Assembly: GCA_964016885.1 (NCBI GenBank) | Contig: OZ024743.1 | Coordinates: 254,386,001 to 254,450,000 of the forward strand | Length of the DNA stretch: 64,000 bases | Direction of reading: 5' to 3' | Origin: Eledone cirrhosa | Lineage: Eukaryota | In this document: positions 52,091-64,000 of the stretch, in pieces | Layout of the letters: every line of letters begins with the position of its first letter | Numbering within the stretch: position 1 is the first letter of the stretch | Made by a program: the position numbers and the translations under genes | The notes under the pieces: generated by a model | Database searches by the model: none | The model's input: the letters and a program-made list of their open reading frames with translations, nothing else | What the model was told of the DNA's origin: nothing

Positions 52091-53599
52091 TTAAATCTCT
52101 ACTACGGTAACCCTTCTACATTTGTTTTGTTTTCATCTTTGTCTCTCTCAATTTTCACTTTCACCTGTTTTTCCTATCTATCTTTCACTTCCTACCTCGA
52201 GATTTCCCTCTGCATTGTTGTGGTTTTCTTAAATACGTATTTTTATATATATATATATGTGTGTGTGTGTGTATATGCATGTATATAAAGAAATACAAAT
52301 TTTGAGACATTGCAGGCAAAACCCCAATCTATTGAATATTTGTATATATACATATGTGCATGTTTGAACATGGATGTGTGTGTATATATATATATATATA
52401 CCATCATGTGTCTGTATGTAGTGTGTGTCTTTACTCATTTCTTTGTATATGTGGTGTATGTATTTATACACTTATATATGTGCTTGTGGTGTGTATTTCT
52501 TGAATATCTTGGAAAATCTGGAAGCCCTTCATTCTTTACCACATATTTCTTTAAGCTGTCCTTTAATATATAAATGAAATATCTATTTCTATTTCTTTCT
52601 TAAAGCACTTATTCCTGTTTCTAGCTAGAGGTCTTTGTTCTTTTTTCTTTTCATTTTTTATGCTAAAGCAAGTTTATCTTTATGTGTTTCAAAATATTTC
52701 TAGAATGAAAACTTTGAAAACCAAATGCATAAAATCTACTACTTTGTTTATTCATCATCCTTTAACATCCATTTCTCCATGCTGCCATGGGTTTGATATG
52801 TTGTCATAGATAGTCTATACTTAATCAGAGCTACCAAACTCTTAGGCAAGTTAGGACCTGCTTCTTGTTTACATATGTCCTTGTTCTTGAGTGAGTACTA
52901 AGTGTTTTCTAATGTGAACCCAGCACACATGAAACATCCGCTTCCCTCTTTGTTTGGTAACTTTCCTATGGCTGGATGCCCTTTTTCATACAATCACTTT
53001 ACAGAGTGTACTGTTTGGATTTTATTGTAGCAAAAGCATTAGAGAGGTTGTCACGCCCTTGACATAACTATATAGTCCTGATCCTTTGGCAAGTTTTCTA
53101 TACTTGTAGACTCTTCCTAACATCAACCACATAAGAGCGTATACTGGATGCATTTTATTGTGGCACCACCACAAAGACTGCAGTGCTCATGGCACAACTG
53201 AAAACTCCTTTCAAACTTTTAAAAATCATATTGCAACATTTATTGAGAATTCTACAGTTGACAATTTGCCAAATCATCAATATGCTGTTTAGAATTCTTT
53301 GCAGTTTTCGTTCTGTCCTCTTTGTTCTCTAAGTTCAAATCTTGTTGAACCTTTCATTCGTTCAAGATCAGTATAGTATGAGAACATTACTTCTGTTTGA
53401 TTGCTCTCTCTCTCTCTCAGAAATTAACTATGTTCAGACCACCATAGGGAATTATGAGACTATATTGAAATGCATCGGGCCGAGATGTCACAGTGGGACT
53501 GAACCAGGAGCTTCTTTGTTCTGATATAAACTTCACCTATTTGGCTATGCTGCATCCATCCATCCCTACCTGCTTAAATATACACACACACACACACAC

Positions 53600-53670
<71 letters not shown>

Positions 53671-53674
<4 letters not shown>

Positions 53675-54654
53675 TATGAAGAGAGAAGAAACATTTAGAT
53701 ATAATTAGTAATAAAATGTATCATACCTAAATTGCTCCTAGATTCCTCGACTACGTAGTTTCGTGGCATAAACAAAAACAATACATCATAAAGATATAGA
53801 GTCCTTGCGAGGTCTGCCGAGGAATCTAGGAGCAGTTTAGGTATGATACATTTTATTACTAATTATATCTAAATGTTTCTTCTCTCTTCATAATGTATTT
53901 TTAACTCTGATACTGGTTCAGTCTAGTTCAACCGGATTGGTCTGTCCCAGTCATTCATTGAGCAACATCGGTAAGGTTGGCACCATTAACTCACGTTTGG
54001 GTGTCGATGCATTCATGTATATGTGTGTGTCCGCATGTATCTGTGTGTTTCTAAATATATTGTTCATAACTCCCTCTGGTCGAGTAATCTTTGAAGTGTG
54101 GTGACTGCTGGAAAGCTGCCATTACTCATACTTCTCGCCCCCTTCACCACCTCTTCTACGGCTTCGATATAAATACCCCCTCCGCCTCCGTGGTATTTTC
54201 TTCGGGGTTATAAGAGGCTTAGCTCTGTTTCTCGACCGTTATATCGCGTGACTATCTCCCCCTCCGCCTTTTGGGATTCTTTCTCACGTCGTGTAGACGC
54301 GTTCTTGAAGCTAGTAAAATGAGGTATCCTCTTGATAAGTCGGCAGACCTCGCAAGGACTCTATATCTTTATGATGTATTGTTTTTGTTTATGCCACGAA
54401 ACTACGTAGTCGAGGAATCTAGGAGCAGTTTAGGTATGATACATTTTATTACTAATTATATCTAAATGTTTCTTCTCTCTTCATAATGTATTTTTAACTC
54501 TGATACTGGTTCAGTCTAGTTCAACCGGATTGGTCTGTCCCAGTCATTCATTGAGCAACATCGGTAAGGTTGGCACCATTAACTCTCGGTTGGGTGTGGA
54601 TGCATTCATGTATATGTGTGTGTCCGCATGTATCTGTGTGTTTCTAAATATATT
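53671..54654 (+). mobile_element. Non-coding retrozyme-like element (inverted piece + 593-bp unit + 243-bp repeat)
   Basis: 53819-54061 repeats at 54412-54654 (about 3 mismatches); 53671-53820 is the reverse complement of 54340-54489; both flanks are (TA)n. Confidence 0.85.
54322..54420 (+). ncRNA. Type I hammerhead ribozyme with U3-A8 variant core
   Basis: aggtatcctc-TTGATAA-gtcggca..tgccac-GAAAC-tacgta-GTC|gaggaatct. Confidence 0.75.
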
Positions 54655-54675
54655 ATATATATATATATATATATA

Positions 54676-54860
54676 TCATCATCATCATTTTTCGTCCGCT
54701 TTTCCCTGCTTGCAAGGGTTGGACAGGTCCTATTCAGCACAGCATCTCTCCACTTGTCATAGTCCTTTATCATCTCCTTGGTGAGTTTTTGAGGTCTGTT
54801 TTCACCACCTCCACCTATGTTTTTCGTGGTCTACCTCTACTGCGTCTTCCCTCCACTACA
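54676..54860 (-). mobile_element. RTE 3' fragment, same family as 350-671
   Basis: Reverse-complement match to 470-660 including the (GAT)n tail. Confidence 0.85.
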
Positions 54861-55024
54861 TACAGTCACACAGGAACAATACTCACAAACACACATACAT
54901 GCGCATAAACACAAACATACAATTACACACGCATACATAAAGACATGTTGGACTCACAATCATAAGATCATGTGGTACATTTTGCTTTTGTGCAAAACAC
55001 TTCATTAGACATTGCTTTTCATTA

Positions 55025-55213
55025 TTGGATTGGCAGTATCGGTAGAGAGTCGGACACCAGGATTTGCAGCATAGAGTTACGGTCCTTTACGGTCTGAGTT
55101 CAAATCCCGCCGAGGTTAACTTTGCCTTTCATCCTTACGGGGTCGATAAAATAATGTTCCAGTAATGCACTGGGTAATTGGTGGCCTTGTCCCAAAAGTA
55201 GAAACTATTATTA
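55025..55213 (+). mobile_element. tRNA-derived SINE (family A), full length
   Basis: A and B boxes and core as at 48250. Confidence 0.88.
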
Positions 55214-55324
55214 TACTGGGACCACTACCATTAAAACACCTAAGGAACCTGCTATATGATGCAACTTTGTTAGAGACTAGCTAAAACTGCATACATATAT
55301 GCATACATATATGCATACATTCAG

Positions 55325-57310
55325 TGAGTGACGCCTCTGTTGTAGAATTCAGCTTCCCCCATGAAGTCAATGGGGTAAGAAAAATGCAAGAGGAGGAGGA
55401 CATCTACCGACCATTGATGAGGAGTTTGCAGATCCAATGTCCAAGATATTTGTTCAGCTTCATACCCAACATTATTGGAGCTACATGTTATATAACATCC
55501 CATCTTGAGCAATTATAACATTGCCTCAGGGATGGTGGTCTGTCGAACATAAACTCAAAGTTAAGACCGTATACACGCATATATACACACACTCACATAC
55601 AGACATACAACTACAAATAAAGCCACTACATTTTGGCAAATTAACAGCTGCCTATATGCCCTGGCAATGACTGTGAAACATTATCCTGATAATAATTGTG
55701 ATATTAAGAGAAACAAAGCACCACAAAAATGCTATTATATATTACAAAAGCAGAAAAAAGATTGCTGACTAGTGGAAAACAATAGGATATGTTACAATGC
55801 TCTTCACATGCATACAAACACACACAAAAAAACTACACTCCTCACCAACAAGAATGAAATATAAAATAGAAATGTTTGGAGACAGTATAACCAGAACTCT
55901 TCAATACAAATTGATTACTCTCAAACAAGAGTTCAAAGCTATCAGTGGGAGGATTTGATACTAGAAGAGGGTGGCTGAAAGAAAAATAATTAATGTAATA
56001 TTCAGCCCAAAACAAACATCTGTCTATAGTGATTTGAGGGATAAAGTAATAGATGTCACTGAGGCCCCATCCCAGAAGGACATAAATTTCTTCTTGAGAA
56101 AAATATGGGGTGACAAAATGAAATTCAACCAAGATGTTCTGTGGCTTAAAGAGATCCAAACGAACCATTGCCTTTGCTTTACAATAAAAACATACAGCAT
56201 CAGTGATGACACACTTGAGACTGTGATAAGGAAACTCCAAGATAAGAAAACACACGAAAAAGACCTGATTGTTGGCTACTGGTACCAAAAACTGACTGGC
56301 TATCAGATGTATCTTATCAACCACTTCCAGAAAACTCACAAAGAAGATACGCATATACCAGGGTGGTTGATATTAGCAAAAACAATATCAGTCCCTAAGA
56401 ACAAACATACTCACTTGGCAAAAAACTACCAAAACATTGCATACCAGAACCTAATTTATAAAACGTATACAGCCTGCCTGAACTTATTTCTCAAGGATCA
56501 CTGTGACAATAATAATATCATCATAGATACGCAAACAGCTGGGAAGAAAGGACTTTGATGTCAGAGGTGCGGTGATATAGGAGGAACATGGTTACAATCT
56601 GGCTGGACTACAGGAAATAATTCGATTCTGCTACCCACCCATAGATGATAGAGGCCCTCTGATTTGCTAAAGTCCTAGACACTATTCTTAGAGCCCAGCA
56701 ATATTACAATTAATCTATGGATGAAGAACTGCATGCTTATCAGCAAAAAAATCATTCATGGTTATGTTGCCAAGAAGTGACAGTGAAAGTAATAAAAATA
56801 ACCAAAGTTTATCTTGGACCAACAACTGGTATATTGGTTCTCATTTAGTAGGATATGCTTTTGCAATAACTGAAAATAACTACAAAATACTTGATTCACA
56901 AAAGAGATAGGGATGCAGGCAAAACACTTAGGTATGACAATAGATGCAGACACTGCAGAATTAATATCGAAGATGGCACCCATTTCATAAACAACTGTCC
57001 AAAGATCTCATCATGGTACTATTTACATATGAAGCATGATGTAGTAACCAAAACATTATACAATGCAATCTGTAGAACAGATATCCCTGATAATAAACAT
57101 ATAAAAATTACAGCAATGTGGAGGACATATAAATCCATAATATGAAAGAATACTGGTGAAATGTTCTATTAAAAACCACAAAATTCAAACACAACAACCC
57201 AGATATAATAGGTTTGAACAGAGAAAAAATGACATGTACAATAGTGGAAGTAAGCTGCCCAGCAGATGTCAATATAATGTTAACGATCGGTGAAAAGGAG
57301 AGCATTTATA
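55325..57310 (+). mobile_element. Degraded R4/Dong-like RLE non-LTR fragments
   Basis: WL..AKT..VPK......KNYQNIA.QNLIYK (RT start); CRHC..NIEDGTHFINNC..YL.MKHDVV; HNNPDII; TIVEVSCPADVN; a separate C-terminal piece at 55325-55520. Confidence 0.75.
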
Positions 57311-57729
57311 CTAGTTCAGCATAAATGTTCTCCTTTTCACTGATGTATACACATAACTCAAAATATGCAGTTGCACACATACAATAACATGCATAACTGC
57401 ACACATACAAACACATAAAAACACATTCACATACATATGTATTTATCTAGTTGATGTCTAAATTCGAATGAAAGTATTCTGACTGTTAGAAACCAGTTCT
57501 CTCTCTATTTGTGCAAATTTATTAAATAAAACCAGAACCTCCATACTAAAGAATAATCTGTTATCAACTGATTGTCATGGTTCATGTAATATGTGCCAAA
57601 ATTAAAGTGTAGATTGTTTTGACTGGTTTTTACTGAGTTAATAATCTGGGATTTATTCTATGACATTAAACGATAGACATAGAAACATGAGGTCAAAGTG
57701 TGTGTCTGTTTATAAACATCTATACATAA

Positions 57730-59340
57730 ACATATGTAGTGGGATTTCCGACAGGCTAGCAAAGAGCATAGGTTTTATATGTAGATGCATAGGTGCAGTA
57801 AGCAGCATGAACTTACAGGAAACAAGTTCTATTAAATGCCCAGTGGTTTCCATAGAAGAAGTTAACAGCTTCTGTTACCTGGCTGACTAAGTTAGCTGTG
57901 AAAGTAAGTGTTGCGAAAATGCAGTCGAGTATGAACAATATGGAAAACGTTCAGAGAGCTCCTAACTACAAGGGTTTTTTCCTCAAAATGAAAGGCAGAT
58001 TTTATGATGCTTGGATACAAAATGCAATGCGGCATAGAAGTGAGGCCTAGGCACTGTGTGAAGAGGACCTCTGAAAATTGGAAAGAAATGAAGCCTGCAT
58101 GCTTCAATGGAAATATAATAGTAGTGCATGAACAATGAAGCCTAAATGAACTAAGAAAGAAACTACAGAAATCACAGGCAGCATGAAGGAAAGGAGACTG
58201 TGGTGGTATAGACATGTGATGTGTATGGAGGATGATAAATTCATAAAAAGGTGCAGGGATATCAAGGTTGATGAAAGCTATGGTAGAGGAAGACCTAGAA
58301 AAGCTTGGGATGAAAAGATAAAAGTCTGACCATCTACAATTAACCCTCTCAAAGGAGTAGACACAGGATCAGGTTCTCTGGCATTATGCTGTACCACAGA
58401 AGACCTGCCTTCCCATGTGCACAGGATGAAACAATATATAGAGGTCACTAATCTGCAACTAGCATTTCCCTTCCCCTCTTCCATTCACTAGTCTTAATAT
58501 CCTCAGCCTCACCAACTAAATATCTCACTCACCTCATCTATGTCCAAATTGCATCCGCCCTCCCCACCATACATGTTCCTATGGTATTGCTCTGATCATA
58601 CTCAATCCCTACATACAATAATGAAAATTAGTACACACTCCAAATCTAATTCCCGTTCACATAATGCTGCTTCAATGATAAAACACAATTTGTTTACATC
58701 TAATATGCCTGAACACACTATCCATCACCAGCTAAGTACCCCACCTTAGACCTACCTCCACTCACATTCTTGCATAAACCCCTGCCACATCTGATACACC
58801 TTGCTTGTTGAATCCATGCCATACAATCATGGAAAGCTGAACAAAGCCCCTCAAATACTCCTCTAAAAGCTGCCAGCCCACCCTGTAAATTGGTCATTCT
58901 GGCAACACAAGAAAAGACCTTAGTCTACATTCTGAGATTCTCGTGCTGGTGAAAGAGCATCCAGCCCACTCTATAAGGTGACCATGCTGGTGACACAACA
59001 AAAAGCACTCAGTTCATCCTGCAAAGTGGTTGTGTTGGTAAAATGACAATAAGCACCCAGTTGACCTTGTAAGTGGTCATGTTGGTGACATGTCAAAATG
59101 TAACCAAGTTCAACCTGTCAGTTGGTCCTTTTGGTACCATGATAAAAAGATCTCAGGCTATGCTATAAATGTGATTGGCATTAGGATGGGCGTCCATCTA
59201 CAGAAACACAGCCAGAAAGAATTCTGCATGAGGATGACAAGGTCATCTGATCTGACTTCTTAGACAAAAGACCTCGTCTAGTCTAGTCCATGATAGAATG
59301 GAAAAATGAATGTTAAACAATGATGGGAATGATGATGACA
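57730..59340 (+). mobile_element. Old degraded copy of the PHD-RTE family with a long 3' UTR
   Basis: SIEEVNSFCYL and KMKGRFYDA motifs, ~50-bp 3' UTR repeats and a GAT tail. Confidence 0.75.
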
Positions 59341-59732
59341 CTCCTGTTTGTGTATATTTATATAGAAATATAAGAGATTCAGATATTCAACCACCCTCGT
59401 CACTAATTGACAGGTGTCAATAAACCATTGACACCAAAAGTTCTTTAGCCAGAGCCTGACAATTATCAGTCACTCAGAAAAGCCACATGTGTACATAGAA
59501 TAAATGAATCCTGAAATATGTGGGTGTTCATGTGTGTGTGTGGGGGGGGGGGGTTTTACATAATTGTGAATGTGAACCTTGTCTTTATTGTGTATATATC
59601 TACAAATAGTTTTTTCATAGAATCCTTGTTTTTTAAAATCTCTTGGCCAATGATCTCCACCCATCCCACCAGAAAACATACAAATACAACAGTTTTACAA
59701 GGACAATCAGCTTTCCTAATAATTTCTACATG

Positions 59733-59774
59733 ATATATATACACACACACACATATATATATATACACACAAAC

Positions 59775-59805
<31 letters not shown>

Positions 59806-59822
59806 CACATATATATATATAT

Positions 59823-59863
<41 letters not shown>

Positions 59864-59996
59864 TATATATATATATACACACACATATATATATATACAC
59901 ACACACACATATATATATATACACACACACATATATATATATATACACACATAGATATATATATATATACACACATATATATATATATATATATAC

Positions 59997-60033
<37 letters not shown>

Positions 60034-60165
60034 TATATATATATATATACACACACATACATATATATACACACACATACATATATATACACACACACAT
60101 ATATATACACACACACATATATATACACATATATATATATACACACACACATATATATATATATA
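59733..60165. repeat. Compound (TA)n/(CA)n microsatellite
   Basis: Direct inspection. Confidence 0.95.
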
Positions 60166-60232
60166 TGATGGCTGCCCCCTCGTTATCGAGTATGGCCATT
60201 GCACAATAAAAAAAAAAAAAAAAAAAAAAAAA

Positions 60233-60280
<48 letters not shown>

Positions 60281-60359
60281 GCAATAATAATAATAACGAC
60301 AACAACAATAATAATATACATATTCATATATATATACACACACACGCACGCACATAAGC

Positions 60360-60397
<38 letters not shown>

Positions 60398-63300
60398 GAT
60401 AGCAACTAACAGTGCTGCGATCGAATGTGGCTTTTTAGCCCAGCCAATGATCCAAAATGTCTTGCACAGAGTCGGCAACCAAAACATTTACTGGGAATAG
60501 TCGGCTGTGGTTGGAGTTCGTGTACTTTTGCATGTCGCTTGAGTCCTCCTGCTGATTTACATTCTCTACCACATGTTTGGCAAGCATGATGAGTAGCATC
60601 TCCAACAGCAGCCTGGTAGTCAACCACTGGTCTTACTTTATGACTGCGAAGATGACTTTCGAGTCCAGCTTTGCTTAGGCAGAGTCTCGCACAGACGCTG
60701 CATGTCAGAAACATAGGAGGACCCTCGCCGTCTGGAAGTGCAACAGCAATACCCTTCCTCACGTCCCGCTTTACTTTCTCGTGTGCGATTCGAGATGCCT
60801 CAAAGGCAACTTTTCCCTCATATACAGTCTTTCTCCATTTATTACGATCAGCAGCAATATTTTCCCATGTATCAGCAGAGATGTTAGCGTCTCTCAGAGA
60901 GGCCTTCAAGGAATCCTTATACCTCTTTTTTGGTTTATGTGGCGGTCGTTTTCCTTTAACCAACTCTCCATAGAAGAGTTGTTTTGGTATTCTAGAATCC
61001 TTCATCCTGGCAAGGTGACCACTCCAACGGAGTCGCTGCTTAAGCACAAGAGCTTCTATACTGTCACACATAGAGCTTTCCAAAATCTCGACATCACTGA
61101 TGTGGTCCCTCCAGCGAACGCCATGTATCCGTCTGAGACACATCTGATGGAAACGCTCCAATTGCTTAAGGTGGCGTCGATATGTGACCCAGGTCTCGCA
61201 GGCATAAAGAAGACAAGAGAGTACACATGCCCTGTACACCCTTACCTTTGTCCTCCTGCATATGTCTCGCCGACCCCAGAGTCGCCTTTCTAGCTTTCCG
61301 AAAGCATCACTTGCTTTCCTAATCCTAAGTGAGAGTTCACTGTCAAGGTTGCCGTATCGATTGACAGTGCTTCCCAGGTAGACAAACTGATCAACCACTC
61401 CAAGTCGTTTGCCATACACATAGATGTTTGGTTCAGTGTACTGCCTACCAGGTGCAGGTTGGTACATGACGACGGTTTTCTTGAGACTGACAGTCAAACC
61501 CAGGGCAGTGCAAGCGTCAGAAAATACATTCAAAATGTGCTGCATATCACTCTCTGTGTGCGCTACAAGATCGCAATCATCTGCATACAAGAGGTCTCTT
61601 ATGACTGATGTAAATACTTTTGTCTTCGCAGCAAAGCGCCTGATGTTAAATATGCTGCCTGAGGTTCGATATCGGATGTAAACACCATGCTCGCAATTCC
61701 TGAATGCAATACAGAAAACCATTGCAAAGTATATGGCAAACAGGGTCGGTGCTGGAATATCCCCCTGTTTCACTCCATTTTTTACTGAGATAGGCTCCGA
61801 CATGTTACCTCCGACATTAACCCAAGCCTTCATGTCGTCATGGAAAGACCTAACTAAAGCAAGGAACTTATCAGGGCAACCAAGTCTCTGGAGAACCTTC
61901 CATAATGCATCTCTGTTGACAGTATCGAAAGCCTTTGTCAGATCGACAAAAACCTGATACAGATCCAAGCCCTGTTCAATGCACTTCTCCTGGAGCTGTC
62001 TAGCTGAGAAGATCATATCAGTAGTGCCGCGTCCAACACGAAAACCAGATTCACTTTCAGGAAGGACACAATCTGCAATGTGTGTCAGCAGACGGTCCAG
62101 AAGCACCCTACATAAAACTTTCCCCACGACAGAAAGCAATGATATACCTCTGTAGTTCCCACAATCATTCCTGTTACCCTTTCCCTTGTACAAGACCACC
62201 ATTACTGCATCTCTCCAGTCCTCAGGCACGGATTCATTAGCCCATATCCCTCCAAACAGAGAGTGAAGATGTTGCAGGAGTCTCTCACCACCATATTGTA
62301 GGAGCTCAGCATGTATGCCATCCATACCTGGAGATCTTCCACTGTTCAGCCCCGAAATAGCCACTGCAACCTCCACAAGTGTCGGAGGCTCTGCGAGAGC
62401 TACTTTCACAGGACTTTCCGGAATGAGATTGAGGAAATCTTCACTGACGACAGACGGCTGATTCAAAAGATCATCAAAGTGCTCCCGCCACCTTCGTAGA
62501 ATTCCCTGTGAGTCACGAAGAAGTTCTTTGCCATCCTTGCTGCGAATCGGTGTCACCAGAGAAGAAGACGGTCCATAAACCTCACGCAAGAGACTGTACA
62601 ACAGCTTTGTGTTATTGCAATCAGACGCAGTTTGTATCTCACCAGCCTTCTCACTCCACCACTGATCCTTCATCTGAGAAAGACTCCGCCTAACACGTGA
62701 TTTTACATCCCTGAGCTCCTCATGCAACGTATTCCTCTCCTGTGGTCTTGTCGTCAAGTAGCGTGACAGAGCGCGCCTCTTATCAGCCAACAAGTCATCT
62801 ATATGCACATCTTTCTCATTAAACCAGTCCTGATGTTTTCTCTGCACCAATCCCAGAACACGTCTGCCTACATCATAAACCGACTTTTTAAGGGTCGGCC
62901 AATCCTCACCAAGATCTGCAGCCTGCATCTCTTCTTCCAATGTCCTCTTCACATTTTTATCCTTAAGACGAGCAGCATTCAATCTTTTGGGCAGGGTAAC
63001 ACCAGGAGCCCGGATTTTACGTTTGGTGATTAGATTCACTTTTGCGCGTACCAGGCGGTGGTCCGTCCAGCACTCAGCTCCACGAAGAACACGAACACAC
63101 CGCACATCCTGTCTGTCACGCATCCTGACTAGGACGTAGTCCAAAAGATGCCATTCCTTAGATGCAGGATGCATCCATGTGGTCTTGAATTTGTTCTTTT
63201 GTTGGAACATGGTGTTGGTAACACACAGATCCAGCTCCTCACACATCTGCAGCAAGAGCATACCATTGCTGTTACACTTTCCCACCCCATGCCTTCCGAT

Positions 63301-63960
63301 TACATTCCATGTGTTAAAATCCCTACCCACTCTAGCATTAAAGTCACCAAGCACGATGACTTTGTCTGCCTGAGGGATATTTCTTAAAACACCTTTCAAG
63401 GCATGGTAAAAGGACAGTTTTTCTTCATCGACAGAATTCATAGTTGGAGCATACACACTCACCAGGGTAGCATATCTTCCCTTGTCCAGCGGAACTCTCA
63501 TGGACATAAGACGCTCACTAATCCCCACTGGGAATTCTTCCAATTTATTCACCAGTACAGTCTTAACAGCAAATCCTACCCCAGCCTCTCTTCTGGTTCC
63601 TTCATCTCTTCCTTTCCAGAAGAATGTATATTCTCCACAAAATTCCGTAAGATGACCATCTCCAGCTAACCTCGTCTCAGACAAAGCCACGATGTCAAGA
63701 TCGTAACGTCGAAGCTCCTTCGCAACAAGAGCGGTCCTTCGTTCAGGACGCTCCAAAGAATCCCTGTCAAGCAGCGTCCGTACGTTCCAGCAGCCAAGAC
63801 TAAATGCCCTGTTTGGCTCTATTACAATGGCACGATGACGGGCGGGCCCAGGTTGTGATAACTTGGGGCCCCTGCCCTTATTGCCAATGATCTTTTTTGT
63901 TCCAGAACCCAAATTGGCAATTATCTCGTTTACATTGTTCTGGAACATCATTGAATTGGG
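60166..63960 (-). mobile_element. Full-length RTE-BovB-like LINE
   Basis: One intact ORF plus a 3' UTR shared with the copy at 12948-15843. Confidence 0.95.
60406..63951 (-). CDS. RTE-BovB ORF: AP endonuclease, reverse transcriptase and three C2H2 zinc fingers
   Basis: [61 protein letters not shown] and C-terminal CxxC..HxxxH x3; no stops in 1181 aa. Confidence 0.95.
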   Translation of the reverse strand: MMFQNNVNEIIANLGSGTKKIIGNKGRGPKLSQPGPARHRAIVIEPNRAFSLGCWNVRTLLDRDSLERPERRTALVAKELRRYDLDIVALSETRLAGDGHLTEFCGEYTFFWKGRDEGTRREAGVGFAVKTVLVNKLEEFPVGISERLMSMRVPLDKGRYATLVSVYAPTMNSVDEEKLSFYHALKGVLRNIPQADKVIVLGDFNARVGRDFNTWNVIGRHGVGKCNSNGMLLLQMCEELDLCVTNTMFQQKNKFKTTWMHPASKEWHLLDYVLVRMRDRQDVRCVRVLRGAECWTDHRLVRAKVNLITKRKIRAPGVTLPKRLNAARLKDKNVKRTLEEEMQAADLGEDWPTLKKSVYDVGRRVLGLVQRKHQDWFNEKDVHIDDLLADKRRALSRYLTTRPQERNTLHEELRDVKSRVRRSLSQMKDQWWSEKAGEIQTASDCNNTKLLYSLLREVYGPSSSLVTPIRSKDGKELLRDSQGILRRWREHFDDLLNQPSVVSEDFLNLIPESPVKVALAEPPTLVEVAVAISGLNSGRSPGMDGIHAELLQYGGERLLQHLHSLFGGIWANESVPEDWRDAVMVVLYKGKGNRNDCGNYRGISLLSVVGKVLCRVLLDRLLTHIADCVLPESESGFRVGRGTTDMIFSARQLQEKCIEQGLDLYQVFVDLTKAFDTVNRDALWKVLQRLGCPDKFLALVRSFHDDMKAWVNVGGNMSEPISVKNGVKQGDIPAPTLFAIYFAMVFCIAFRNCEHGVYIRYRTSGSIFNIRRFAAKTKVFTSVIRDLLYADDCDLVAHTESDMQHILNVFSDACTALGLTVSLKKTVVMYQPAPGRQYTEPNIYVYGKRLGVVDQFVYLGSTVNRYGNLDSELSLRIRKASDAFGKLERRLWGRRDICRRTKVRVYRACVLSCLLYACETWVTYRRHLKQLERFHQMCLRRIHGVRWRDHISDVEILESSMCDSIEALVLKQRLRWSGHLARMKDSRIPKQLFYGELVKGKRPPHKPKKRYKDSLKASLRDANISADTWENIAADRNKWRKTVYEGKVAFEASRIAHEKVKRDVRKGIAVALPDGEGPPMFLTCSVCARLCLSKAGLESHLRSHKVRPVVDYQAAVGDATHHACQTCGRECKSAGGLKRHAKVHELQPQPTIPSKCFGCRLCARHFGSLAGLKSHIRSQHC

Positions 63961-63994
<34 letters not shown>

Positions 63995-64000
63995 TAATAA

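Larger units (their letters stand above)
49604..52240 (+). mobile_element. Penelope-like retroelement (possibly Naiad-type), 5'-truncated, between (TA)n tracts
   Basis: RT plus C-terminal GIY-YIG ORF; the 3' region has a minimal hammerhead-like motif. Confidence 0.92.

Noticed and set aside
59556-60487. Long [12 protein letters not shown] ORFs here and at 2443-2688, 12781-13234 and 52229-52573
   Set aside because: They are translations of (TA)n/(CA)n microsatellites

Overview
AT-rich, microsatellite-laden eukaryotic intergenic or intronic DNA. The SINE, RTE and Tx1 repertoire looks cephalopod (Octopus-like); this is an inference from repeat families. I recognise no host protein-coding gene, and nearly all long ORFs are retroelement-derived. 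The main elements are: an intact RTE-BovB-like LINE (60.2-63.96 kb) plus a truncated sister copy; a PHD-finger RTE LINE; a near-full-length L1/Tx1-like LINE plus fragments; a Penelope-like element (PLE, RT+GIY-YIG); CRE- and R4/Dong-like relics; two Helitrons, one keeping an intron-containing Rep N-terminus; TTAA and TA MITEs; many tRNA-derived SINEs; and a ~75-bp satellite. The most notable signal is non-coding. Two unrelated ~550-600 bp retrozyme-like elements (53.7-54.65 kb and 20.7-21.6 kb) each consist of an inverted 5' piece, one unit and a partial direct repeat, sit in (TA)n, and carry a type I hammerhead ribozyme. In one, the core has a U3-A8 compensatory change and the unit starts exactly at the predicted cleavage site. 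Several further hammerhead-like palindromes and fossils are scattered through the window. All folding and alignment was done by eye.
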